Assembly (NCBI GenBank): GCA_043819075.1
Contig: JBDRFE010000002.1
Span: forward strand, 114-64,113
Length of the DNA stretch: 64,000 bases
Reading direction: 5' to 3'
From: an archaeon
Lineage (GTDB): Archaea > Iainarchaeota > Iainarchaeia > Iainarchaeales > 1-14-0-10-31-34
Positions 1 through 10,074 of this stretch are shown here, piece after piece. Made by a program: the position numbers and the translations under genes. Numbering within the stretch: position 1 is the stretch's first letter; the number at the start of each line of letters is the position of its first letter. Below the pieces are notes generated by a model, which saw only the letters and a list, made by a program, of their open reading frames with translations, ran no database searches and was not told where the DNA came from.

Positions 1-870
1 GTTTTTGACGTCATCAATTAAAGACTGAGAGCACTTTACTTCAACTAAAATTTTAGAGCCGGGATTTTTTAAAAGAAGTTCTCTTGAAAACAAAATCAAT
101 AACTGGTCGCCCCACAAAATTTCTCCTTTATCATTTACCACTCCAATCCTGTCTGCATCCCCGTCCAACGCAATCCCGATGTCTGCATTCAGTTTTTTTA
201 CTTTTGCAATTAAATCCTTTAAAGTGTCAGGCAAAGTAGGGTCCGGGTGATGGTTGGGAAAAGTGCCGTCAGAAACACAATACAATTCAGTTAAATCAAC
301 GCCTAATTCCTTAAAAATTTTTGGCGCAATAACTGAGCCAACCCCGTTGCCGCAATCCAGTACAACTTTTAGTTTTTTCTTTAAAACAACTTTTTTGCTG
401 ATTGTCTTGGCATAATCTTTGAGAATATCTTTTTTTGCAATCCTGCCTTTTCCTTTGGCAAAAACATTTTTTTCCATTAACTTGTAAATTTCCTGTATTT
501 CTTCTCCAAAAATTGCATGGCTTCCTTTTGAAATCTTAAAGCCATTAAATTCAGGCGGATTATGGGAGCCGGTAATCATTACCCCGCCATGCTGGTTTAA
601 GTGAATAACAGAAAAATAATAAGCCGGAGTAGGCACAAAACCTAAATCAGTTACTTCTAATCCAGTTGAAGCCATTCCGCGAATTAATCTTTTAGCATAA
701 GAAGGCGAAGAAGGCCTGTTGTCATAGCCTATAACAGCAAATTTTCCGCCTGATTTAATTAAGTAAGTGCCGACAGCTTTTCCAAGCAATTCGGCAAAAT
801 CGCCTGACAAGTCTTTATTGACTAATCCTCTGATGTCATACTGCCTGAAAACAAGGGGGTTTAATTGCAT
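1..870 (-). CDS. Phosphomannomutase/phosphoglucomutase (runs off the window edge)
   Basis: Manual minus-strand translation from ATG at 870: MQLNPLVFRQYDIRG, ITGSHNPPEFNGFK (catalytic Ser), DGTFPNHHPDP, DGDADR metal loop. Not in the ORF track because it is truncated. Confidence 0.93.
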   Translation of the reverse strand, partial: MQLNPLVFRQYDIRGLVNKDLSGDFAELLGKAVGTYLIKSGGKFAVIGYDNRPSSPSYAKRLIRGMASTGLEVTDLGFVPTPAYYFSVIHLNQHGGVMITGSHNPPEFNGFKISKGSHAIFGEEIQEIYKLMEKNVFAKGKGRIAKKDILKDYAKTISKKVVLKKKLKVVLDCGNGVGSVIAPKIFKELGVDLTELYCVSDGTFPNHHPDPTLPDTLKDLIAKVKKLNADIGIALDGDADRIGVVNDKGEILWGDQLLILFSRELLLKNPGSKILVEVKCSQSLIDDVKN

Positions 871-912
871 AAAAAACAATACAAATATAAAAAACAAAGT
901 ATTAAAGAAATT

Positions 913-1902
913 ATGGAAGAACTAAACGAATTAAGAAAAGACTATTTATTGGATGAATGGGTTGTAATCTCAAAAAACAGATCAACAAGGCCCTTTGATC
1001 ACAAAAAAGGTGAAACACAAAATACAGCAGAAAAAATTGAAATAGACTTAAACTGCCCTTTTTGTTTAGGCAACGAAAAACAGACTCCGCCGGAAATTTT
1101 CAGGACAGGAACAAAAATTAAATGGAATCTCAGAGGATTTGCAAACAAGTTTTCTGCAATGGAACTGGAAAAAGAGTTTTCAGTGCAAAAAAAAGGCTTG
1201 CTTGAATTCGGAAACGCATTCGGCTATCACGAAGTCATAGTTGAAACAAACAATCATTCAAAAGAATTAGGGGAATTAACCAAAGAAGAAATGGCTGGCT
1301 TATTTAATGCATACAAAGAAAGAGAAATTGAATTAAAAAAAAGAAATGGAGTGAAACACGTTTTAATCATAAAAAACTTTGGCAAAGAATGCGGTGCGTC
1401 CCTTGCACACAATCACTCGCAGTTAATCACTTTTCCTTTTGTTCCAGGCAGAATAAAAAAAGAAATTCAGAAATCAGAAGAATTTTTTGAAAAACACAAA
1501 AAAAATGTTTTCCTTGAAATAGCAGAAAAAGAAATTAAGTCAGAAAGAGGGTTGTTTGAAAATGACTCTTTTGTTGCTTTCTGTGCTTTTGCCCCAAAAT
1601 GGACTTACGAAGTATGGATTGTGCCGAAAAAACAATTTTCTAATTTAGGGGAAATACAAGAAAAAGAGCTGAAAGACTTGGGAGAAATAACACAAAAAGT
1701 TTTAAGCAAAATAAGAAACAATTTAGGCAATCCTCCATTCAATTTGTTTGTGCATGAATCAATGGAAAAAAACCCTGCTTACTGCTTTCATCTTGAAATC
1801 CAGCCAAACGTCAAAAAAATTTACGGCGGAATAGAAAAGGCTTCAGAGATAATCTTAATTGAAGTGCCGCCTGAACAGGCAGCGGAAGAAATAAGAAAAT
1901 AA
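913..1902 (+). CDS. galT: Galactose-1-phosphate uridylyltransferase (GalT)-like HIT-family protein
   Basis: ELRKD..WVVIS..RSTRP, CPFC.GNE, GYHEVIVET, GASLAHNHSQ (HxHxQ). ATG at 913 preferred over TTG at 865. Confidence 0.88.
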   Translation: MEELNELRKDYLLDEWVVISKNRSTRPFDHKKGETQNTAEKIEIDLNCPFCLGNEKQTPPEIFRTGTKIKWNLRGFANKFSAMELEKEFSVQKKGLLEFGNAFGYHEVIVETNNHSKELGELTKEEMAGLFNAYKEREIELKKRNGVKHVLIIKNFGKECGASLAHNHSQLITFPFVPGRIKKEIQKSEEFFEKHKKNVFLEIAEKEIKSERGLFENDSFVAFCAFAPKWTYEVWIVPKKQFSNLGEIQEKELKDLGEITQKVLSKIRNNLGNPPFNLFVHESMEKNPAYCFHLEIQPNVKKIYGGIEKASEIILIEVPPEQAAEEIRK

Positions 1903-1952
1903 AAGAAAAATCTTAATCCAATAAATTTAATAAAAGAAAACCCTGATTATTA

Positions 1953-3761
1953 ATGGAAAAAACAGTTTTGGATGAAAAAATGGATTACGTTGTATTAGAA
2001 GTAAGCTATGAAGTCGGCAACAAGTTTGGAGGCATTCATACAGTCTTGACAAGCAAGAGCGCAAGAATGATGGAAAGGCTTTCAGAGTTTTATGAAATCG
2101 GGCCGTATTACGAAAAAAAAGCCCAGGCAGAATTCGAGGAAAAGCCTATTCCGGAAAAATTCCACAAAATTTTTGTTGAAATGGAAAAAGATTTTGGATT
2201 AAAATGCTATTACGGCAACTGGGTTATAGCAGAAAAAAGCCCTGAATGCATTTTAATTGACCACTCAAACCTGAAAAGAAAAGTGAATGAAATCAAAAAA
2301 GATTTATGGGATTACTATAAAATTGATTCTCTTGTAGCAGACGACTGGTTTAATGAGCCGGTTGCATGGGCGCAAAGCGTCGGCCTGTTAATAGAAAAAA
2401 TGGAAAAAAACAAGGTCTTTGGAAACAAAAAAATTGTTGCACACTTTCATGAATACTTAAGCGGTGCAGGATTACTGCATTTAAAAAAAATCAAAAGCAA
2501 GGCAAAAACAGTTTTTACAACCCATGCGACAATTTTGGGCAGAACAATAGCTGAGTCAAAAAACGAAGACCTTTATGAGTTAATTGAAGAAGGGTTCAGG
2601 CAGAAAAAATCTGCAGAAAATGAACTAGCCTACAAATACGGAGTGCAGGCAAAACATTTGCTGGAAAAAGCCAGTGCACTGAACGCAGATGTTTTTACAA
2701 GCGTAAGCAAGGCAGTGGCAAAAGAAGCTGAATTTATTTTAGGAAAAAAATGCGATTTAATTCTTCCAAACGGATTAGACATGGACAAGTTTCCGATAAT
2801 GGAGGATTTAAGCATTTTACACAAACAATACAGGAACAGAATAAGGCATTTTGTTGAAGCATACTTTTACCCATACTATTATTTTGACATAAAAAAAACA
2901 ATTTTTTATTTTATTGCAGGAAGATACGAGTTCCACAACAAAGGAATAGACTTGTTTATTGATGCTTTAGGCGAATTAAACAAGCAGTTAAAAAAAGAGA
3001 AAACAGACAAAATACTTGTTGCATTCATCTGGATTGCAGAAGAAACAACTGCAAGAAACCTTGCAGTAATGGAAAACCTTGTAATCCACCAGACAATAGA
3101 AGACATGCTTGAAAGAGAACTGCCTGTTCTTCAGAAAAAATTGTTCAGGAACCTAATGGAAGGAAAAAAAATGGAGGAAAACCTTTTTGACAAAGAATTC
3201 CTTTTAAACACGAAAAAAATGACAATGAAGCTGAAAAGCAAAAAAGAAACCCTGCCTCCTTTAAGCGCATTTGATACAAGAGAAAACGAAATCGTAAAAG
3301 CAATAAAACAAAACAATCTTTTAAACAGAGAAGAAGACAAAGTAAAAGTAATTTATTATCCAACTTATTTAAGCACTGCAGACGGGTTAATCGGATTAAA
3401 CTATTACGAGGCAATTATTGGCTCGCATTATGGGGTGTTTCCGTCTTATTACGAGCCATGGGGTTATACGCCGTTAGAGACAGCTGCATTAGGCGTTCCA
3501 GCAGTTACAACAGACTTAGGAGGCTATGGCCAGTTTATTTTAGAAAACCTTGGGGAAAAATCAAAGGGAAGCATTGAAGTATTAAAAAGAAAAGGAAAAA
3601 CCTATAAAGAAGAAATAGAGGGAATGAAACAGGCAATGCATGACATGTATTCAACAGGCAAGCCAGAGAGAATGGAAAGAAAATTAAAGGCAAAAGAATA
3701 CTCTAATTTAGCTGACTGGAGCAATCTCATAGAAAACTATATTCAGGCATACGAAAAATAA
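1953..3761 (+). CDS. Glycogen synthase, GT3 family
   Basis: EVSYEVGNKFGGIHTV, AHFHEY, FTTHATILGR, AGRYEFHNKG, GVFPSYYEPWGYTPLE. Confidence 0.92.
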   Translation: MEKTVLDEKMDYVVLEVSYEVGNKFGGIHTVLTSKSARMMERLSEFYEIGPYYEKKAQAEFEEKPIPEKFHKIFVEMEKDFGLKCYYGNWVIAEKSPECILIDHSNLKRKVNEIKKDLWDYYKIDSLVADDWFNEPVAWAQSVGLLIEKMEKNKVFGNKKIVAHFHEYLSGAGLLHLKKIKSKAKTVFTTHATILGRTIAESKNEDLYELIEEGFRQKKSAENELAYKYGVQAKHLLEKASALNADVFTSVSKAVAKEAEFILGKKCDLILPNGLDMDKFPIMEDLSILHKQYRNRIRHFVEAYFYPYYYFDIKKTIFYFIAGRYEFHNKGIDLFIDALGELNKQLKKEKTDKILVAFIWIAEETTARNLAVMENLVIHQTIEDMLERELPVLQKKLFRNLMEGKKMEENLFDKEFLLNTKKMTMKLKSKKETLPPLSAFDTRENEIVKAIKQNNLLNREEDKVKVIYYPTYLSTADGLIGLNYYEAIIGSHYGVFPSYYEPWGYTPLETAALGVPAVTTDLGGYGQFILENLGEKSKGSIEVLKRKGKTYKEEIEGMKQAMHDMYSTGKPERMERKLKAKEYSNLADWSNLIENYIQAYEK

Positions 3762-3905
3762 AAAAAGAAAAAAACAGGCAAAAAAACAAAACGAAAACTA
3801 ATTAAATAAATCAATAAATCACAAAAAAAACCGGATTATAAAACAAGCAATTAAATTAAATAAATCTCAGGCAAAAAAATAAAAGCAAAAAAAAAGAAAA
3901 AAATT

Positions 3906-4100
3906 TTATTCAGTTAAATAAAACTTGTTCTGAGACATGCCTATTTTTCCTTCTCTTGCAAGCCAGCCTAAAGCAGCAAACACGTGCTCTGATTTCAGCT
4001 TGGTTACTTTCTTTATCTGAAAAACATTCATTGGCTTTCCGCCGTTTAGAACACCCCAGACAGTGCCTGCCTTGCTTCCAAAATACTCATTTGAATCCAT
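3906..4100 (-). CDS. Small winged-helix protein (DUF2582-like)
   Basis: G..AG.VW..L and ALGWLAREGKI signature. Confidence 0.8.
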   Translation of the reverse strand: MDSNEYFGSKAGTVWGVLNGGKPMNVFQIKKVTKLKSEHVFAALGWLAREGKIGMSQNKFYLTE

Positions 4101-4187
4101 TAAACTACCCCCAAAAAAATAATGTTTTTTGCAACTTGCCTTTTTTTAAAAGACAGCAGTAATATAGCGAAAAATGAATTATTAAAC

Positions 4188-5363
4188 CTAACTGTCTTTC
4201 AATCTGGACTTTAAATCGCTTAAAACATTAGCGTAATTAAGAAAGGATTCATAAGGCGAGTCATATGGATTAAAGTATTTATGAACATCTCCATCAGCAA
4301 ACCATTTAGTGCACATGTAATAAAAATGGTCTGAAATCTGCATTTTCCTCCAATCCTGAATCAGTTTAGGGTTTCTGGAAGAAATAACTTTTTCCTCCAA
4401 AGACTTGATTTCACTGAAAGCCTGTTTCTGCATTTCATTTTCAAGCCAAGCAGATAAATCCCTGTCAACATCAGCCCAAGAACTAATATAAGGCACATCA
4501 AATTCCCCTACAACAGGAAAATCCCTTATTATTTCAGATGCAGTGGCAAAACTTAAATTATCGTATTTAAGGGCTTCATTCGGCAAATGCTCCAGAAAAC
4601 TGAATATTCCGGTTGATTCCCACTGGTGTTCGCCAAAAGTTTCGTAATCCATGAACAAATTAACGCAATGTCCTTTGTTAGATGAAAGCCAAGAAGCATA
4701 TTTGTCTGCAGTCAAAGGCCATTCACCCCATTCTCTTGAAGAAAAACGAAAAGCGATGTCATCAGCCAGCTTGAAATTCCTTAACAAAACTTTCATTCTA
4801 GAGCCTTTTGCCTTGTAAACAAAATTAGGTGAACGCCAGCCAAGAACATTAGATAAGCCTTCAGCAACAATTCCATTAAAACGCATTTCAGATACAGCTG
4901 AAGCAATATCATTAGAGTACATGGCTTCAGTGTTCCTGAAAATTTTTGGCTTGACTCCAAAAACTTTCCTGAATTTTTTTGAATGCATTCTTACCTGCTT
5001 AACAAACTCTTTTTTTGAAATCAAGTAAGCTAGAGAATGGTAATAAGTTTCATCAAACAATTCAACATTACCTGAATCAACTAATTTTTGGAATGATTCA
5101 ACAACCTCGGGAAATTCTTTTTCTAATTGATCCAAAAAAACTCCAGTAATACTGAAACAAAACTTGAATTTGTCTCCGTGCTTTTTGATTAAATCAAGCA
5201 ATAAATTGTTTGTAGGAATATAACATTTCCTTGACACTCTTTCAAGATAAAATTTGTTTGCAGAATCATCAAAATAATTATTGCTTTTCCCGATGTCAAA
5301 CAAAGAATAATGCCTTAACCTTAAAGGCTGGTGAACATGAAAATAAAGGCAGACTGCAGGCAC
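4188..5363 (-). CDS. Glycoside hydrolase family 57 (alpha-amylase-like)
   Basis: YFHVHQP, ETYYHSL, FRNTE, FMDYETFGEHQW, SWAD..RDLSAW, SDHFYYM. Confidence 0.93.
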   Translation of the reverse strand: MPAVCLYFHVHQPLRLRHYSLFDIGKSNNYFDDSANKFYLERVSRKCYIPTNNLLLDLIKKHGDKFKFCFSITGVFLDQLEKEFPEVVESFQKLVDSGNVELFDETYYHSLAYLISKKEFVKQVRMHSKKFRKVFGVKPKIFRNTEAMYSNDIASAVSEMRFNGIVAEGLSNVLGWRSPNFVYKAKGSRMKVLLRNFKLADDIAFRFSSREWGEWPLTADKYASWLSSNKGHCVNLFMDYETFGEHQWESTGIFSFLEHLPNEALKYDNLSFATASEIIRDFPVVGEFDVPYISSWADVDRDLSAWLENEMQKQAFSEIKSLEEKVISSRNPKLIQDWRKMQISDHFYYMCTKWFADGDVHKYFNPYDSPYESFLNYANVLSDLKSRLKDS

Positions 5364-5608
5364 TACTTCTTCCTCGCGAATTTATTGTATGCAGAAATAA
5401 TCTTGCTTGCAAGGTAATTACTAACACAAACAATCAAATAACAAAAACTAAAAGTAATTGCAAAAAATATCAAAAAAAAGGGGTTGAACCACCACTTCGT
5501 GCCTCCTGGCATTATTTGGAGCCAAATCGTTATGTCAAGAAAAATGGCCAGAACAACAAACAAAATTATTTTTTCTTTTGTTGGCTTTAAAAATTCCTTC
5601 CAAGTCAT
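5363..5608 (-). CDS. Small two-TM membrane protein
   Basis: Two hydrophobic segments; abuts the GT4 and GH57 genes on the same strand. Confidence 0.6.
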   Translation of the reverse strand: MTWKEFLKPTKEKIILFVVLAIFLDITIWLQIMPGGTKWWFNPFFLIFFAITFSFCYLIVCVSNYLASKIISAYNKFARKK

Positions 5609-5609
5609 T

Positions 5610-6836
5610 TCAGATTACTCCTTTGTAAACTTCAATGCAGTTTTCTGCAACAGAATCCCAGCTGAACCCCTGCAGTTCATGGAAAGCGTTTTTCTTTAAT
5701 TCATTTGAAAGGCAGTCATTGTTGAGTATTCCGACAATTTTGTTTGCTGTTTCAAAAGTATCCCAGAAATCAACTTTAAAGCAATGGCTGATTACTTCTC
5801 CTACACCGGATTGCTTTGAAATAATTACAGGAGTATTAGAAGCCATTGCCTCTAAGGCGGTTAAGCCAAAAGGCTCTGAAACAGAAGGCATTACAAACAA
5901 GTCTGCAACAGAATAAAATTTTTTTACGTCATCTTGAAAGCCTGAAAAAACAACTTTATCTGAAATGCCCATTGCAATAGCCTTGTTAATTAAAGAAGGC
6001 AGCATGTCTCCGTCGCCTACAACAACAAATTTTGTGTCAGGCCTGAATTTTAATACCTGAAAAGCTGTTTCAAGAAACCAGTCAGGCCCTTTCTGAATTG
6101 TAAGCCTGCCCAAAAACAACACGATTTTTTCTTTTAAGCCAAGAGAATTAGAGGCAGTAATGTACTCTGACTTGTCAATGCCATTGTATACAACAACAAT
6201 TTTTTCTGCTGGAACCCCGTATCTGTCAATTAACTGTTTTTTCATGTAATTGCTTATAGTGATTACTTTGTCAGCAGAAAAAAGGCCTTTAGCCTCTATC
6301 TCACAGATTTTCTGGTTTGGAAATAAGTTTCCTGTCCTATCAAACTCAGTTGAATGAATTGTAACAACCAAAGGCTTGTTTTTCTGTTCTTTTAAGGCAA
6401 TCCCGGCAGGAAAAGTCATCCAGTCATGGCAGTGAATTACATCACAACTCCTTGACTTAAGCTTGTTCACCACAGAAAAAGTATAGCTTTTTACCTTGGA
6501 AAAAAAATCAAATCCATAAGCATTAATGCTTTTATTGCTTGAATTCTTGGAGTCATGCATTCTTTCCTCAAAACCAAAATAAATGTTTTCAGAAGCCACA
6601 TAAGGGTGAAAATCAAATCCTTCAATCTGGATTAAATCCAAGTGAGAGTAATCGTCTGCCTGAATGACTTCAATAAAACCTGGATTGATTTTAATTCCAG
6701 TTGAAGGCATAACAAAAGTTACTTTAGCGCCTTTGGCAGACAAAGCTTTTGTAAAGCCATGCAAATAGGTGCCCAAACCCCCGGATTTAAAGGGAGGAAA
6801 CTCCCAACCAAGCATTAGCACCTTCACATAACTCAC
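5610..6836 (-). CDS. Glycosyltransferase family 4
   Basis: MLGWEFPP..SGGLG, HCHDW, TIHSTE, PSVSEPFGLTALEAM. Confidence 0.92.
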   Translation of the reverse strand: MSYVKVLMLGWEFPPFKSGGLGTYLHGFTKALSAKGAKVTFVMPSTGIKINPGFIEVIQADDYSHLDLIQIEGFDFHPYVASENIYFGFEERMHDSKNSSNKSINAYGFDFFSKVKSYTFSVVNKLKSRSCDVIHCHDWMTFPAGIALKEQKNKPLVVTIHSTEFDRTGNLFPNQKICEIEAKGLFSADKVITISNYMKKQLIDRYGVPAEKIVVVYNGIDKSEYITASNSLGLKEKIVLFLGRLTIQKGPDWFLETAFQVLKFRPDTKFVVVGDGDMLPSLINKAIAMGISDKVVFSGFQDDVKKFYSVADLFVMPSVSEPFGLTALEAMASNTPVIISKQSGVGEVISHCFKVDFWDTFETANKIVGILNNDCLSNELKKNAFHELQGFSWDSVAENCIEVYKGVI

Positions 6837-7057
6837 CGCAAGTGTATGATTTTCTCATAATTGTGCAGCCGTGTGGACAAAAAAAAAGGGTTATGGGACT
6901 GCAAATAATATACTACACAAGTTAAATAAAAGGGTTTCTATTAAGGAAAAAGAACCAGAAACAAGGCACCGGAACCTGAAAACCAAACCGCCAAGGCAGG
7001 CAAATTTTTCCGGCTTTTGCACAAAAAGAATAAATAAACTTAAAGCATAATCTTTTA

Positions 7058-8014
7058 GTGAAACAAAAAATAACCTGTGTGGGTTCTGCAACAGAAGACA
7101 TTTTTGTCAAAACAGATGAATTTCATTTCAGGAAAAGCAAATCAAAGAAAGGCATTGACTTGTGCCTGAAACTTGGCAAAAAATTTGACATAGAAGAAAT
7201 CTATTTTGATTTTGGAGGCGGGGCGTTAAACACTTCAATTGGCTTCAAAAAAATGGGTTTTGACACAAACGTATTAATTTCTTTAGGCAATGACTCTACT
7301 GCAAAAAAAATTTCAAACATTCTTAAAATGGAAAAAATCGGGTTAATCCCTGTTCCCTCAGAAAAAGAAACGGGCTTTTCGATTATTTTCAGGAAACCAA
7401 AAGGAGACAGGACAATAATGACTTACAGAGGAGCCAATAATGACTGGAATGAAAAAGAAATTCCTTGGAACAGCCTGAAAAAAATGGACTGGTTTTATAT
7501 CAGTTCTTTTGGCTCAAGCATTAAACTGCTTGAAAAAATTGCTTTGTTCTGCAAAAAAAACAAAATAAAAATTGCATTCAATCCAGGGGCATTCCAGAGA
7601 AAACTTGGCCTGGAAAAGCTTAGCAGGGTTGTAAAAGAATGCAGTGCAATAATCTTGAACAAAGAAGAAATAACTGAATGGACTAAAAAAAGGAATGAAC
7701 TGGATGCAATGCGGGAATTAAATGACTTAGGGGCAAAAATTGTTGTTGCAACAAACGGAAGAAAAGGCTGTATTGCATTCAATGGAAAAAAAATTTTCAG
7801 GCAAAAAGCATTTGATGTTAAAAGAGCTGATGTAACCGGCGCAGGAGATGCTTTCTCTGCAGGGTTTATTTCAGGAATAGCAAACAAAAAAAGCATCCAA
7901 GCTGCATTAAAAATCGGGACAGCAAACGCTTGTTCTGTAATAACTAAAGTGGGAGCACACAATGGGGTGCTTTCATTTGAGAAAGCAGAAAAATTTGCAG
8001 AAAGATTTGAATAA
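7058..8014 (+). CDS. PfkB/ribokinase-family carbohydrate kinase
   Basis: GGGALN at the N-terminus, DVTGAGDAF anion-hole motif. Confidence 0.9.
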   Translation: MKQKITCVGSATEDIFVKTDEFHFRKSKSKKGIDLCLKLGKKFDIEEIYFDFGGGALNTSIGFKKMGFDTNVLISLGNDSTAKKISNILKMEKIGLIPVPSEKETGFSIIFRKPKGDRTIMTYRGANNDWNEKEIPWNSLKKMDWFYISSFGSSIKLLEKIALFCKKNKIKIAFNPGAFQRKLGLEKLSRVVKECSAIILNKEEITEWTKKRNELDAMRELNDLGAKIVVATNGRKGCIAFNGKKIFRQKAFDVKRADVTGAGDAFSAGFISGIANKKSIQAALKIGTANACSVITKVGAHNGVLSFEKAEKFAERFE

Positions 8015-8017
8015 AAA

Positions 8018-8320
8018 TTATTTTGGCTTTAATCCGTATCTTTTCGCTGTTTCCGTTATTCTTTCAGCTCTTTTCCTTGTTTCTTCTGCCCTTGAACGAA
8101 TAATCATTCTGCTGAAATTTCTTTCACGCATTCTTTCAAGCCTTTCAAACCCTTTAGGGCCTAAATGCTCTGGCATTAAAAGCCATTTCCTTTCAACTGC
8201 CTGCCATGAAAGGCTTTTGTTTTCAGGAAGCCACCTGAATGCACTAAATTTTGTTTTATAATCCTGCGCTGAAAGAAAAGATTCTTTTCCTTTTTCTTTT
8301 CCAAACGGGGCAAAAACCAT
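8018..8320 (-). CDS. Hypothetical basic protein
   Basis: ATG-started 100 aa ORF filling the gap; R/K-rich; no family recognised. Confidence 0.5.
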   Translation of the reverse strand: MVFAPFGKEKGKESFLSAQDYKTKFSAFRWLPENKSLSWQAVERKWLLMPEHLGPKGFERLERMRERNFSRMIIRSRAEETRKRAERITETAKRYGLKPK

Positions 8321-8433
8321 TTTACATCAGAAATAAAATTCTCTTTAAAACTTAATAATACTGTGTGTTGAATCAGTTAAATAAGAAAAATTTAAATACT
8401 GGAAGGGCAATAGTATTAGTGTTTGGTGATTGA

Positions 8434-8832
8434 ATGAATTTTGTTGAAATGTTTTTGCAGAAACTGAAAAAAGAAACAAGATTTCTTTTCAACGGAATGA
8501 ACAGGTATGAACTGCAGAGAACCCATCCGTCAGAGTGTGCTGCAGTGTTGTTAAGCGAAGTAAAGCATCCAGACCACTATTTTTATTTAAACAACAATCT
8601 TCCGATAAAAAGCCTGTGCGAGTTATCTGAGCATTTAAAGGAAATGGATGAAAGCACTTTCAAAAACCATGTTAACCCGGAAAGAAATGATTTCAGTCAG
8701 TGGGTTTCAAACACTATTGGAGACAAGACTTTAGGGAAAAAAATGGGCGAATTAAGCGAAAAAGATGAAATGAGCAAGGCAGTTGAAATACGAGTTAATT
8801 ACATCAAGAGAAGAGCAGAACAAAAATACTGA
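8434..8832 (+). CDS. DUF5752-like protein
   Basis: F...N...IKSL.EL...L..M....FKNHVN.ERNDFSQWV...IGD..L motif. Confidence 0.65.
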   Translation: MNFVEMFLQKLKKETRFLFNGMNRYELQRTHPSECAAVLLSEVKHPDHYFYLNNNLPIKSLCELSEHLKEMDESTFKNHVNPERNDFSQWVSNTIGDKTLGKKMGELSEKDEMSKAVEIRVNYIKRRAEQKY

Positions 8833-8837
8833 TTTAA

Positions 8838-9110
8838 ATGGAATTAACATTAAAAGAAAAAGAAATTTTGGTTAACCTCTTGGATTCAGCAAAAACTTTT
8901 GAAGAACTCCAAAGCAAAACCTTTTTCGGCTTCAACGAAACAAGAGAAACAATAAAAGAACTGATTAAAAAAAACCATATAAAAAAAGAGAAGTCTTTTC
9001 CCACAAAATATTCTTTGAAAAAAGAATTAATCAAAAACGTCAGGGAAATAAAGAGAAAAATTGACTGGACTGAATTAGTGTCAGATGCATGCTTTGTGTG
9101 CAAGTACTGA
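8838..9110 (+). CDS. Putative winged-helix protein
   Basis: Helix pattern followed by a wing-like PTKYSL; operon-like spacing. Confidence 0.5.
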   Translation: MELTLKEKEILVNLLDSAKTFEELQSKTFFGFNETRETIKELIKKNHIKKEKSFPTKYSLKKELIKNVREIKRKIDWTELVSDACFVCKY

Positions 9111-9118
9111 TGGTTTAA

Positions 9119-9337
9119 ATGGATGAATTTGAAAAAAAGCTTGAAGCACTTGACAAACAGATTGTAACAGAATCAAAAAAAGAAAAAAACCTTATTCCGG
9201 TCTGCTCAAAATGCGGTTCAGCAAACATTACTATGCCCCAGAACCCTGCAAAAATTTATTTCAGGGAACTAAAAGATTATTACTGCAGGGACTGCGGTTT
9301 TGAAGGCCCTGCAATACTAAAAAAAATGGAAAAATAA
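9119..9337 (+). CDS. Small zinc-ribbon protein
   Basis: CSKCGS ... YYCRDCGFEG. Confidence 0.7.
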   Translation: MDEFEKKLEALDKQIVTESKKEKNLIPVCSKCGSANITMPQNPAKIYFRELKDYYCRDCGFEGPAILKKMEK

Positions 9338-9399
9338 AATAGTTTACTGTAAAAAAATAATTTTCTTTTTTACTGCTCTTTATTGCAGCCTGTGCTAAA

Positions 9400-10014
9400 T
9401 CAGATTAAGTCAACTAAAGGCATGAAAATAAACGCGCCTTTTTTATACCCTAAAAGCACAATGTTTCCTTTGTCTGGTTCAGCTCTCCTTATTCTTCGCC
9501 AAAGCAAATTAAATTTGTCGTCAAGCTGTTGTTCTGTCACCCCGTATTTTTCTTGTATTTTTTCAAAAAACATTTTTCCTCTTTGAGTGCGGTCTTCTGG
9601 ATTGCCTGTTATTTCCTCTATTGAAGGGCAATCGGTTTTAGCCATTGCAATAAGATCTTTTCTTATTGCATAAGCTTTAGGCACAATCAAAACATACCCG
9701 CTTTCTGCCCCATACTTAGAGTTATGTTTTTTCACCATGCCCCTAATAAAAGAAACTGTTCTTCTTGCATTGGAATCTGAATCAGAAACACTTTTTTTAT
9801 GAGTTCTTTTTATCACTAACTCTGTTTTTGGATAATTTTTTGAAACATCCATCTGCCTGACTCTTCTTCCCCAAGTGTTTGTTGATTCAATTGAATTATT
9901 TCTTAAATCACTTCTGTGGTCAATGTTTTTCATTCTGCCTAAATACCTTGAAATAACAGGGGAAGCATTCTTCAATCGTTTAACCAGTTTTTTCGGCAGA
10001 GTTTTTACAGGCAT
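9400..10014 (-). CDS. Hypothetical basic protein
   Basis: 204 aa ORF with an MPVKTLPKK start; no family recognised. Confidence 0.6.
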   Translation of the reverse strand: MPVKTLPKKLVKRLKNASPVISRYLGRMKNIDHRSDLRNNSIESTNTWGRRVRQMDVSKNYPKTELVIKRTHKKSVSDSDSNARRTVSFIRGMVKKHNSKYGAESGYVLIVPKAYAIRKDLIAMAKTDCPSIEEITGNPEDRTQRGKMFFEKIQEKYGVTEQQLDDKFNLLWRRIRRAEPDKGNIVLLGYKKGAFIFMPLVDLI

Positions 10015-10074
10015 GATAAAATTAGTGGTTCAAACTTATTTTAATTTTGCGTTTTTCGGCTGTTGTAATCTTGT

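Noticed and set aside
3762..3905. A-rich tract resembling a repeat or terminator array
   Set aside because: Low complexity with no periodic unit; explained by strand compositional bias between convergent genes
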